From the human T2T-CHM13v2.0 reference genome, Homo sapiens: a stretch of 64,000 nt of DNA. This document shows positions 1 to 13,389 of this stretch, piece after piece. The notes under the pieces are model-generated. The model did not search any database, was not told the DNA's origin, and saw nothing but the letters and a program-made list of their open reading frames with translations. Within the stretch, counting starts at the first letter, position 1; each line of letters begins with the position of its first letter. Both the position numbers and the translations under genes were made by a program. Location of the stretch: NCBI RefSeq assembly GCF_009914755.1, contig NC_060928.1. One strand, 5' to 3'.

Positions 1-817
1 AAGAGCAATCTAAAAAGGTTTTCCTAAACTATGGAAGAGAATTTGAAATATTTCAATGGAGTAAGAGCAGCTAGCTTCCTCGAAATAGCCTTATTTTGAT
101 CTAGCAACATTGATTTGGATGTTAACATTCTGGGATGTATGTTAAATTAGTTATGTTCATTAAGTTGTATGCCTTTGCTCTTTACTATTGTTGAAAACTG
201 CGTAACATTTCTAGAGTTAATGTAATGCCTCTAGAGGAACTGTAAAGATTATGTTAATCCAAAGAGATGTTTTGCATTTCTGAAGTAGGCTGGTGATGAC
301 ACAGGCTCATTGCTGAAGACAAAGCTGTCTAATATAAGCTTGACTAGGACATAATCATTCTGAAGTAGTCATTCTGAAGAGTGTTTTTCTCGTTTTTCTG
401 AGTTACACAATTATTATATTGACTTCTTTCTGGGATGAGAAATGGCACTTCTAGTTACTTATATTAGGTAAAAAGTTAAATTGACATTAGCTAATACATT
501 TTCTTCTTGTGGAATTGAGATTTATGAAAAGGAATCTATTGCAGGAAGAGAACTGTTCTTATTCTGTTTTTGCCCCCTCCAGTGTTTAAAATAAATTGCA
601 GGTGTTAACTGTTCAACATGTTCATTTAAAGAATTAGTTTTTTTTTTTTTAGGATCTGACATTTGCTCCTTGACCCTGAATATGGACACAAAATTCTACA
701 TACCAGGGTGCATCTTAAATGTCTTTCTTCTGACTTTCAAATGCAAATAATTCAGAGAAAAATAATTTCTCTCAGAGATGATATGTCTTACTTTTCCTTA
801 TCTTCCTGTCTTTTCAG

Positions 818-1090
818 AATGAAATTCCACAATTAGTTGGTGAAATTTATCAGAATTTCTTTGTGGAGAGCAAAGAAATATCTGTGGAAAAATCACTTTA
901 CAAAGAAATTCAGCAGTGTCTTGTAGGAAATAAAGGTATTGAAGTATTCTACAAAATCCAGGAAGATGTTTATGAGACCCTAAAGGATAGGTATTACCCT
1001 TCATTTATTGTCAGTGACCTGTATGAGAAATTGTTGATAAAAGAGGAAGAAAAACATGCCTCACAGATGATTTCCAACAAGGATGAGATG
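818..1090 (+). CDS. SNX25: SNX25 coding exon A (RGS domain C-terminal part)
   Basis: ttttcag acceptor, 273 nt in frame (NEIPQLVGEIYQNFF...YYPSFIVSDLYEKLL...NKDEM), GTGAGT donor at 1091; RGS-type helix motifs. Confidence 0.95.
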
Positions 1091-1193
1091 GTGAGTCACA
1101 TTTAACTTTCTGCTCCTTTTTATTGGATAAGCTTTTAAATATGTTTAAGTGGGTGCATATTGTGTGAGCCAAATTTGATGCACATCTTCATCT

Positions 1194-1274
1194 TTTAATA
1201 TACAGGACCTTAAATAGAATAAAAGTAGCATCGTTTAATATACAAGACCTTAAATAGAATAAAAAGTAAGCATC
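1194..1274 (+). repeat. Tandem duplication, ~40 nt x2
   Basis: TTTAATATACARGACCTTAAATAGAATAAAA(A)GTA(A)GCATC twice. Confidence 0.9.
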
Positions 1275-1614
1275 AATAACCTTGTCTCTGGTTGTATGTA
1301 TTTCTTTCTTCCCCTTTTATCCTCTGACATACATCTTCCCTCATGCTGGCATTGAGTCAGAGACCTCCTGCCCTCTGTCTGTTTTAGATACACCTCTGGT
1401 CTGACTCCTGAAAAGTGAGGGCAGAAAGTCTGTAGGGTGGGACATTTATGGGTTAGACCAGCTAAGAAAATCAGTAGAACTATATAGCCCTGGAAGAGAG
1501 AAGGGATGGGGAAAAAATGAGGAGAGGTAGGGAATGTGGGAGAAGTTAAAGGAAATATTTTGGAGTTTAAAGAAGGCAGAAGAAATTAAAATGCTCCAAA
1601 AGAAAACTTCCTAA

Positions 1615-2077
1615 TGTAAGAGTTAAATAAAGAGGAAAGAAACACGAAAGACAGGTTTATTTTGGAGAATAAACCTGAGAGGGGCTTCTGGCCGATTTCA
1701 GTCAGGAGCACTCTCTCTTACAGACTAAAGAGTATTTATTGGTTTTAGGGTGAGAGAGCTTATCACAGGCTTGGAATGTTTCTGTGTGGAGGAGAAGTTT
1801 ATTGCAAGGTTGGAATGTCTCCGATCAGAGGGGAGGTTATCTTGGGGCTCACATCTCTCTGGCTGGAGGGGAGGTTATCTCGGGGCTGGCTTGTCTCTGG
1901 TCGGGGAGGGATTTATCTTAGGGTTGGAACGTTTCTAGTTGGAGATGTCATTTGTGGTTTATGGTCTTACTGACTTCAGCTATTAGGCTGATGCCCTTTG
2001 GATTTAGGTGGTTTTTGATCAAGGGGATCTTTAGAATGGCGGTGCTTGTCCAGGATGGCGATGCTCCTGCTCTGTCA
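1615..2077 (-). mobile_element. 3' LTR of provirus
   Basis: TG...CA ends on the minus strand (TGACAGAGCAGGAGC...CTTACA); aligns with 7306-7785. Confidence 0.9.
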
Positions 2078-2087
2078 ATCCAGACCC

Positions 2088-2486
2088 TTAAAAAGGACAA
2101 GGGGCAGCGTGTTCCTTCTGGCTACTTCCTACTGATGAGGGGACGGAGAGTTTTCTGGTCTTGGATTGACTGTAAGAGTAATGCCGTCTGTAGATGTTTT
2201 TGGGTAGTTGCTGTGAAATAGCTGTAATCCTGTCATTTAAAAATTTTTGAAAAAGGTTAATTAGGCAGGGTAAGAACATTAGTCCTAGGCATATTATTAG
2301 GAGAGAGCCCAGGAATGGGATCACCAATGCTATGATTTTGTTTCCAAACCAAGAATCTGTTTGGTTATTTTGGTATTCCCTTAGCTTTTTAGCCCTTTCT
2401 TTAAGTTTTTCAGCAGTGTCTCTTACTAGGCCCAATTGATTGAGATAGAAACAACATTCCTCACCCAATGAGAGGCAGAGGCACAT
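2088..2486 (-). pseudogene. ERV env TM-subunit remnant
   Basis: CLSLGEECC (CX6CC), heptad region, membrane anchor IIALVIPFLGSLLIICLGLMFLPC; SU, fusion peptide and ISD absent. Confidence 0.85.
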
Positions 2487-2542
2487 GTTTGGAAAGGTCC
2501 ATGTGTAATTTTCTGTTAGTAACCATTATTAAAAGACAAATC

Positions 2543-2848
<306 letters not shown>

Positions 2849-5800
2849 TCATGGTAGGACTGATTTGCTGTATTATATTGGTTTAATTATTTGCATACAG
2901 CGCAGTAAGAAGAATTATTTATTAAATAGACCTTTTAAATTGGCTTTGATGAAACTTTGTTCTGCAGAAGGAATCTGAGATAAGACCTTTTTAAAGCCAA
3001 GCCCAGCCATGGATTTGTACTGTCAGATAACTATGAGTTGGGTGATTTTTCTCCTCTTGAGATTCCAAGATAACTTGGGGTTCCTGGCCTGTCAAAAAGT
3101 GACATTCTTTACTCATCACAGATCAGAAACCCTGTACAGGGACTGTGTACACAAAATATGGGGCCAGTTTTCCAAGGGCTTTATTGGCTTCATAAGTCAA
3201 GTTTGATTCCTTAAAGGAAGGCACACCATTCCAGTCGAAGCATGGGTAAAAATAACCAGTTTTTCCAGTTGTGTCCTGTTACAAAAGAAAACAGATTCTT
3301 ATTGCACTTATGCAAATAACTATATTGCCATAACTTAAGAATACTCAGAGATGGTTTCCAAATTCTGGAGAAAGTCAGGTAGAGAGAAACAAGTATGCTC
3401 CAAATTTTGTTCATGGGAGTATACTAAATTGTTGAAAACTGTCAGTAGCCCAAAAGAAAAGTTACTTTGACTTTGAAAAGCAAAACAAAGGATTAGCAAT
3501 ATTTTAAGCAAAACGTCAGAAAGGTCACTCCAGTCTCCTGTTAGTTCAGTTCGTGCAGTTAATTCCTGTCCTGCTTGACATTAATGAACATTTTAGCTAT
3601 TCAAGAGTCCTGAACATGTTTCCTCTATTCTGATGTCACAATCTCCAAAGTTATCAGAAACCTGCATTTGAGAGCACCTGTTAGAGCTTTATAGCTGATT
3701 ATAAAACCACCTTCTAAAGAGGACCAAAACAAGACAACAATTGTTTATGGATGACCAAAAGTTTTAGGGTAGCCATAGTTAAAGACACAATTGACAAGGA
3801 AATCTGTTACCTGTGTGGCACAAAATAATTTTAACATAACAATTATAATTACTACTGATAACATACATTAAGATATATCAGAATTATAGGCGTCTCCCAA
3901 AACGTTGGAACACATACCAGTAACTTATTTATACAAACATAGCCCAAAGAGAGCCGAACACCATTTTATATTTGACAATTCTTCCTATATGATTTTATAC
4001 CAAATAAGCCAAATTTTACTTTTATATTAGTGTGCTATTAATGTTAAACTCAATTTTTAATAAACCTGTAGACACATTTACCCTATTTTAATGTTTGACC
4101 ACAAGTTAAGATTTTTATAGACCCTTTTTAACCCTTTATAATTTTTGTTAAAGAGCAGGTTAGTGCTTTAAGAAAAACCTGTTGTGCTTTTATTTTAATG
4201 CTCAATTTACAGAAAAACTGGATGATACCCCTTCAACTTTAGCCAATATGTTTACACATGGAATTTCCTTTACAATTAACCTTCCAAAACTTGCTTAAAC
4301 CTTCATTTTTATTTTATTCAACTTAAAACAATTCTTTAACCTTTTAATCTAGGTAAAAATCCACATTCTTATGCCTCCTTATAATCTTTTTACCAAAAGT
4401 ATACGTAAAATGTTTTTTCAATAGTCTTAAATACATGTTACACTGTTAACTTTTAGCAACCTTTACTTTTGTTGGTAAGTTTGGGATTTTAATTATGTAC
4501 TAGGTGGAGAGCCTAGGACCTAGACAGAAATGCAGATAAGGTCTGACTTACTCCAGCATTTAACTCCATGTCTCCTGGGCCTTCCCTAGCTGCAAAGCAG
4601 GCAGGTTGTACAGCTAAGAGTTATAGTAGCATTTTATAAAGCATTCAGGAGGCTTAATCACTTTTAAATTGTACAACATTTGTTGTATGAATTCCCTTTT
4701 ATAAAATTTTTCATGACTTACACAGACAATCTCTGACATGCCTCAACTTTCTCATTTGTTGTAAACATCCCTCTCTTTAAACAACCAGTTAATTTACTTT
4801 AGGACAAGAATTTACCATATAAGATAATTTTTTATATAAATTATCTTTTCTTTAATATCTTTTGCATAGCTAGGGGGTATGGCTAATTTCACATGTCCCC
4901 AGGCCTTATCTGTTTTTGTTTATTAACTTGGTTTACAGTTTAGCTTTGAAACAAAGATGGTAACAGTCCTTTCACAAAACAAACTTCCTTCATGTCTGTG
5001 GACTAGACTGCCTAAGGCCACCAGATTAGAAGTTAGGGTATTTCATTAAATAGTTCAAGATGTAGTTAACTTTATTAAACCAATATTAATGTTTCATTTA
5101 TTAAAAAATTACACAAGCAAAGATTATTCTGTCTGGGCTGAGTTATAATTTTGTAGCCTCTATGCCAAATTTTGACACTTTATAGTATTCGGCAGAGATA
5201 AGTATGAAATTGCTTGATCGATAAATGCAAACAAAAATGTATGCTGGCAGTTCTTAAGACATTTCTGATCTTACTGTACCAGTAAGTTTTAGTCTCGTGA
5301 ACTGAAAGATCCCATAGCTTTTACTTTTCCCTTAAAAATATTTGATTTAAGCACTTATTTTTCTTAGGCCAATTAATTAGAGTTCTTTTAATAGACATTG
5401 CACACAACACATGTATAGCCACACAGGCAACCAGAAGAAGATCCAGTAGTTATAAGATTTTTTTTTTCTAATTTCCCAATTGGATTATTGGCCTTTGGGT
5501 GAGGCCCTTTAAGAACAGGGCTAGGAAAACAATTTCCAGGGCCTAATAAACAAGTATAGCTGGAAGACAAAGACAGATTTTGAGAGGTACTTATTCACCT
5601 CTAATTCCAGGGGTTCCATAAGGAAAACAGATTTTTTCCCAAAACGGGATTTGTGGCACTTTTTCTGTTTTCCCAAGGAGCCCCAGGCCACCAGGTGTCA
5701 TTTTAGGGTCTTTCATACGTGCACCAAGAGTGGCAAGACAGAGTGGAAAAAAGTAATTCAGTTGACTAGGAAAAAACCTTTTTCAGGAAAACAAGATTTA

Positions 5801-5942
5801 TGAAGAGGAAAACATAAAGGCCTTTTGAATATACTCGTAGCTTGGATATCCATTTTAATTAAGCTGAGCGCTTTCTTATCAGGGGTGAGGGTGGAGGTTA
5901 GAATTATATAAATGTCATGCCAAGTTAAATTAAAGGATTGGG

Positions 5943-6713
5943 TTATGTGTAGGAATTCCCTGTGATAATGAGAGGGATTTTCAGAAAAAGATCCCAGATG
6001 CTATTTGATCTGCGACAAATCAAACATGGAGAAAGGGACATGAACGCGAGCAGTGCCTTTAGCCCCAGGCGCTTCCTGGAGAGGGAGAATGGCGGATTGA
6101 CTGGTTGGAGTAGTTTTTGAACAGGTAACAGGTAGAGAAGGAGGAGGAGCAGGATTTGGGACTGAAGGCTTGGGGGCAGGAGGGGCCACCAGATTGGAGG
6201 TTTGAACAGGCGAGGAGCAGATGCAGGGAAATGAGAATACGGAGGGGGTTCATCTGCAGGCTCAAAAGGGGTTTCCAAGGAAGGGGTTTCAAAGGAAGGA
6301 GTTTCAGAGGAAGGAGAGACCCGGGGAGGGTTTTCATTAAGAAGAAGGATTTCATGAGGGGTGCAAGCTTGACATAGGGAGGGTTGGGATCTAAGGTAGA
6401 AAAGAATATAGACAACTTCTTGCCATTTGCTATTCGTGGTTATAAAGTTGTCAAGGTCCCTGAGAATTTGAAAGTCAAAGGTGCCGTTTTCAGGCCATCG
6501 GTTGTCATTATCTAATTTATATTGGGGCCAGGCTGTGTTGCAATGAAAAACCAAACGCTTTGGCTTTATGCTTCTTATAAGCCAAATTTGGTTAGGTTGT
6601 GAAGGAGACAGCTCAGTGGAGAGGATGTGGGAATGTGGGATTGTTTGGCATCCATGTGGACTGGTGAGAAGAGGCCGAGGGTGTCTGTTTTTGTTCCAGG
6701 CATCCCCAGACAA
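5943..6713 (-). pseudogene. ERV gag remnant (matrix, PPPY late motif, start of capsid, frameshifted)
   Basis: CNTAWPQYKLDN..WPENGTFDFQILRDLDNF..KWQEV matrix motif; EPPPY; RVHVPFSMFDLSQIK in another frame (6001-6189). Confidence 0.85.
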
Positions 6714-7285
6714 AAGACAGAGACCCAGCGTCCTCTTTCCTAAAGAGGACGGTTAAGCTAAGAAGAAACTGGGCATCCCCAAGATTTCTTCTAGCTTAGT
6801 CCTACTGGTCCTCTGAGGATCAGGACAGCAGACCTGACTTTCGTGGGTACCGCTTGAAAGCCTGGGGAAGGCAGATTTTACGAATCGGCTGGATTAGTGT
6901 CCGATGTTGGATGTTCCAGTTGGAATCAGCAAAGGGCCTCTTGGATTGGAGCCGCATGAGGAAGACAGACACAGAGAGAGAGAGAGAGAGAGAAGAGAGG
7001 ATGAGGGAGGAGGAGGGGACAAAGGTTAGAGAGCTAAATACCCATTGTGGGCGGTCAGAGGTGGATTCCTGAGACCTGAGGGTTTTAAGAACCCACCTGT
7101 GAGTAGCCCCAGCCTGAGCCTCACAGTCCCCTTCAGGTTAGTTGTCTTCCTCACGCAAATCACTCGAAAAGTGAAGTGAGAGACAAGACTGGGTGGGTGG
7201 CCAGAGACTCTCAGGATCTAGTGGGATGGGCTGCTGCTGCCCACTGCTTCCTGGGTTGTGAGAGAGCCTCTATCCCCAACACCCA

Positions 7286-7303
7286 TCCTGGGTATCAGCA
7301 TCA
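7286..7303 (-). other. Decayed primer-binding site, tRNA-Phe type
   Basis: TGATGCTGATACCCAGGA vs TGGTGCCGAAACCCGGGA: 14/18, two mismatches are CpG decay. Confidence 0.7.
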
Positions 7304-7305
7304 AA

Positions 7306-7785
7306 TGTAAGAGTTAATGAAAGGAAAGAAGCACAAAAAGTGGCTCAATAGTCAAAGACAGGTTTATTTTGGAGAATAAACCTGAGAGGGGCTTCTGGCT
7401 GATTTCAGTCAGGAAAACTCTCTCTCTTGCAGACTAAGAGTATTTATTGGTTTTAGGGTGAGAGAGCTTATCACAGGCTTGGAATGTTTCTGTGTGGAGG
7501 AGAAGTTTATTGCAGGGTTGGAATGTCTCTGGTCAGAGGGGAGGTTATCTTGGGGCTGACATCTCCCTGGCTGGAGGGGAGGTTGTCTTGGGACTGGCAT
7601 GTCTCTGGTCAGGGAGGGATTTATCTTAGGGTTGGAATGTTTCTGGTTGGAGATGGCATTTGTGGTTTATGATCTTGCTGACCTTAGCCATTAGGCTGAT
7701 GCCCTTTGGATTTAGGCAGTTTTTGGTCAAGGGAAACTTTAAAATGGCGGTGCTTGTCCAAGATGGCGATGCTCCTGCTCTGTTA
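7306..7785 (-). mobile_element. 5' LTR of provirus
   Basis: Homologous to 1615-2077 and followed by the PBS. Confidence 0.9.
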
Positions 7786-8746
7786 GCTAAGCCACACATT
7801 AAGTCTAGTTTTCTTATAGCATATGCAATCATTTTGGATAGCTCCAGTTACCACCTCTTATTTACTGTTAGTGACCCCTATGAGTTTTAAGGTTTGTACG
7901 AAGAGAAACAAATTGTTTTATAGTCATCTTACATAGAAAGATTATGATTTATCGTGGATTTTTTCTTTCTGCCCAGTTCACTATCTCCAGCCCTGAGGAC
8001 TCAAGTGCTTGCTCTTGATGGTATTAGAAGTCATCTAATTGAGGTCTCTGAACTGTTGGTTGTCTGAACTTCATATACATTCTTTTTTTTTTAAGTTTTG
8101 TTACTTGGTTCTTTACATATAAAATCACTGAACTGATTAGTCCAAAACTATTTATTGCATTTTATTTTTGATAGGTCACAGTTTGTTGTATCTATGTTAT
8201 CTCTGTACTTCAGAAATTAAGATAGTTAATTTTACAGCAAATGCCGTAAAAGAGGTTATTCAAATTAATTAAAATATCTATACTCAGCAGATAAATTGAA
8301 TAAGGATGTGAACTGACATTTGATGTGAGGTAACAATAAACAAATAGGAAGAAATGTCTACCTTCACCTCGGATTCAAAGAGGGCTGATACATAACTGAC
8401 CTTTCCAGAGCTCCTACTCTTTGTTCCAATAATCTCTAGAAGTGGGAACTTTTGGAAATTTATCCTAGGAAAATAATTAAAATGTAGAAAAACGTTTATG
8501 CATGATAGTATTTGTTTTTGTACATATGGGATAGCAATGAAGCAGAATCAACCTATTACAGGAGCATCATTAGGAATGCGCCTCATAAATTCTCAATGCC
8601 ATTGTTATTCTAATTATTCTCATACAATGCTGACGTAAAAATGATACTTTTGAAGATGATAATACCCTCAATGCCCAGCATTGTACGTTATATGAAGAAG
8701 GCAGAATACCCATTCAAATGAATACAAAGTATGAAATTATATATCA

Positions 8747-9112
<366 letters not shown>

Positions 9113-9885
9113 CTATGACCATTGGTACTTTATTTTTCCTTGAAAACATTTTAATTTACTGTTTGTTACAATTACGAAAAGCTGGAACAAGAAAACCTGG
9201 AAGAAAGTTAAGGATAAACCAGAAGCTAGATCTCAGCAATTCTCTGCAGTGCCCTGCATTGCTGTTGCTGCTCTTGAATCTAATTCATGTGCTGTTGGGT
9301 AATCTAGCAAGACTTTTCCAAGTTACAGAGTTCTTATGAATATTAAGTCACTTTCAAATGCTATTTTACTTGTAAAATAATATACCTATTGATTTGTAGA
9401 ATATATCAGGAGAAGGACTGAACAAAGTATATACTGAAAATACTTTCACTCATGGGAATATGGTAATTTTCTTTTAGAGGGGCTTGCATGAGTTTTTAAT
9501 AATAGGAGACTGGAAAGAACCCAAATGTCAGTCTTGGTTGAACATTAGGTACAGAATATTCAGGTTGAGTTGGGAAGATAACTGAGTTGCCGTCCCTTGT
9601 TCTATGCAGATTTCCTTAGAGGTACCACTTGGGAAATAATGGCATGGGATTTCCCCTCCTTTCTTTAAGCTATAAAATGTTTCCGTTTTGCAATTCTGAA
9701 CGCCATTTACTTTGGTTCCAAAGACTTTGATTTTTCTCTTTGCTGAGAAAAAGCAGTCTAAATTTTCTACTTTAGTATTCTTTCCTTACTGGAATGTAGT
9801 ATTTTGCAACAGGGTATCGTGACCGATAATAATTACTGAATTTTCTATCATTATAAGATATGGTGGTATGTGACTCTCCCCCTAG

Positions 9886-10050
9886 GGCCCAAGAGATGAG
9901 GCTGGTGAGGAAGCCGTGGATGATGGTACCAATCAGATCAATGAACAAGCCAGTTTTGCTGTAAACAAACTGCGAGAACTAAATGAGAAACTTGAATATA
10001 AAAGGCAAGCTCTAAATTCTATTCAAAATGCACCAAAACCTGACAAGAAG
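9886..10050 (+). CDS. SNX25: SNX25 coding exon B (coiled-coil linker)
   Basis: cctag acceptor, 165 nt GPRDEAGEE...KLRELNEKLEYKRQAL...PDKK, GTAACT donor; phase 0/0. Confidence 0.92.
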
Positions 10051-11057
10051 GTAACTCTTTGCTTTCAAGGTTGTCTTTGAAAGTTAACATTTGTCTAATT
10101 TGGTAGTTTTCAGTTGAGGTTGAGAAGTGTCAGTTTCTTTTAAAATAATTTTAACCATGAACAAGTTCCATTGTTATTTTTTTGCTTCTAGGATAGAATT
10201 AGAAAAGCATTTGTTTTTAATCTCTTATGGTTTGGAGTTCTTTCTCAGTTTCAACTGTGAGCAACTCTGTTCTTTACATCTGCTTTGCCTACAGGGCCTT
10301 TGGAGAAGGGGCAAAGCTTTCTCTTGTGCCAGGGTCATTTCTGGAATTTAATTAAATACTCAAGGACAATCTTTTGAATAAAAAAAGATGTTTTCTTTCA
10401 ACTGCTGCAGGTGCAATTTAGGGAACCTTACAGTATTGTTCAGGAAATACATTGTTTTGCTAGAAAGCAGCAATTTGAAAGTTTAAAAATGTAAACAGCA
10501 TTTCACTAATTGGCCTTTCTCAAACCCAAGCTGTGGTGTGGCTTTTTGCTTTGTGTTTTGCTCTTTAGAATTCAACAAGGAGGTTTCTCTCATATAGATA
10601 TGGCTGATGCTCTTTGATCTGCCAGATTGGTCTCTGGCACTTTCTGAATGTGTGTTTGAGGATTTCAAGCGGTCAACATGAAAGCAACTTAGAATAAAGC
10701 AATTTCAGTGACTCACATTGGGTTTTCTGTGAGCAGGTGCCCAATCCTATTGAGTCTTCTTTAGTATTCTTTTTGTGGACATTCAAATGCTTTTATAGTA
10801 GGAGAATATTCCTGAAACAAGATGTAAGAAAAACTGGTATCATGAGCCTATCAGCAATTTACAATTAAAATATCTATTCATCTATAATCCAGTTACTGTC
10901 TAGTTAAACAGTGAGTTTTCTTTAACAAAGAAAAAGCAAAAAAGAAGAAGGAAGAAAGTCCTGCAAAGGTGTGTTGTCTTGGTTAGTAGTAATGTTTTTA
11001 CAAAATTGTGTAGGAAGAAGTTTAATGTGAGCATCACTTTAATAATTGTTAGTGATG

Positions 11058-11650
11058 GGCTGGCTGCACAATGGCTCATGCCTGTAATCTTTGGGAAGCC
11101 GAGATGGGTGGATCGCTTGAGCCCAGGAGTTTGAGACCAGCCTGGGCAACATAGGGAGACCCCATTTCTAGTAAAAATAAAAAAAAAAATCAGCCCAGCA
11201 TGGTAGTGGATGCTGGTAGTCCCCAGCTACTAGGTAGGCTGAGAAAGGAAGATCTCTTGAATCTGGAAAGTCAAGGCTGCAGTGAGCCGTGATCATGTTA
11301 CTGCACTCCAGACTGGGCAATAGTCTCAAAAAAAAAAAAAAAAAAGTGGCTAGGCGCGGTGGCTCACACCTGTAATCCCAGCACTTTAGGAGGCCGAGGC
11401 GGGTGGATCACTTGAGGTCAGGAGCTCGAGGCCAGCCTGGCCAACATGATGAAACCCTGTGTCCACTAAAAATACAAAAATTAGCCAGGCATGGTGGCAT
11501 GCATGGTAATCCCAGCTACTCAGGAGGGTGAGGCAGGAGAATCTCTTGAACCCGGGAGGCAGAAGTTGCGTGAGCCAAGATCATGCCACTGCACTTCCAG
11601 CCTGGGTGACACAGCAAGACTCCATCGATCAATCAATCAATAAAAAATAA
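11058..11650 (+). mobile_element. Two tandem Alus (J-like then S-like)
   Basis: Second Alu starts at 11348 directly after the first tail. Confidence 0.9.
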
Positions 11651-12315
11651 GAGAGCGTTAATGGTATTCTGAAAAGGAAACAAATGGCCAGGTTTCCTGG
11701 ATTGTCATCAGAAATAGTTCATTCTCCCCCTTATGTGGAGTCACTCCCATTTACTACATACAGAACTCGAAAGCCTGATAGTCTTCCCAGTGACAAGAAC
11801 ATGTCTGAGATGATAAACAGAATTCGCTGGCATGGCAGATAATCAGTATCTGCAATATGGCATGTTCTTTAAGAACAGTTGTCTTATTTATTCTGGATTC
11901 ATCTCATTATAAATTAAAATGCATCTATGGGTAACAGTATGAAAGATGAGTTAGAGAATATTCATTGAATTATTTTCTGCTTGGTTTGTTTGAAAGACAT
12001 TATTCAGCCTTTCTTAAAATAACTTCTGATAACCATGGAATAAACATTCTTAGCTACAATTATATGAAAGAATTCTCAAGAAACTTGGAGCGATTCACTG
12101 GTACTGTGGCTTAACTTGAACTCTACTCTCTGATCTACATTTGCTGTGTAATCAGATTGTCCACAGGCTGCTCACGGAGCACTCTGCTTCTGGCAGTTGT
12201 GCACAGGGCTGAAAGGGCTCTGAGGATGGAAGGCAGCTGATCCTTCTCTCCAGAAGAAGACATAGTCCTCCTTTTGTCGTTTACTTATGTTGGTAAAAAA
12301 TTAATAATTTTTTTA

Positions 12316-12661
<346 letters not shown>

Positions 12662-13389
12662 CCTTAAGATTGATGTTGAAAAAGGTTTTGACAATCTAGC
12701 AATTAACATATCCCACCCCCAAAATCTTGTAATAGTAAGACTTTTCTGGATTAAATATCTAATTATTAATCAGATCATTTTCCTGTGAGACATAGTGGTG
12801 CAGACTTCTCCTCAACACAGAATGCCAGTGGTTTGCTTAACCCTTCTTCTCTCACAGATCTCTGTACCAGCAGTGTAATTAGCTACTGGGTGGTAAAATT
12901 AGCCTTTTAGTTTGATTCCTGAAATTTACTGCCTAGGTTTTTTTGTTTTTTGTTTTTTGCCTCCACAGAGATTTTGTGAGTCTGGAGCAAACTGTCCAAT
13001 TCTAGGGTAATATTGGGAGTAAACCATTAACCATGAAGAATCTAAGTAACACAAGTGATGAGTAAATGCATGGTGCTGTGCGAGTCACTGTGAAGAATCA
13101 GTGTAACATAGAGTGACACCTGCCCTCAAGGAGCAAATATGCTGGTTATGGAATTAAAACAGACATGAAAATAAAATGATCACAGTACTTATTGATGTTA
13201 AAATGCAGGACAATGGCATAGGCAAGGAGTGCTTCCTGTAGGCTTTCTGAGGAAGGAAAGAGCCCTTGCACACTGCATATTCAGGAGAGTTTTGGAGCAA
13301 AGCTGCTGTCCTCAAACTACAGAGTTACATAACCCTATAGGCTTTCTCATAAAAGAGATCTGAAGAGATGGCGAGCATAGCATTTAAAA

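Noticed and set aside
2088-2486. env fragment as a domesticated syncytin-like gene
   Set aside because: No signal peptide, SU, furin site, fusion peptide or immunosuppressive domain; the tail appears frameshifted
7593-7606. p53 response element in the LTR (TGGCATGTCT)
   Set aside because: One imperfect half-site only, and it is altered in the other LTR
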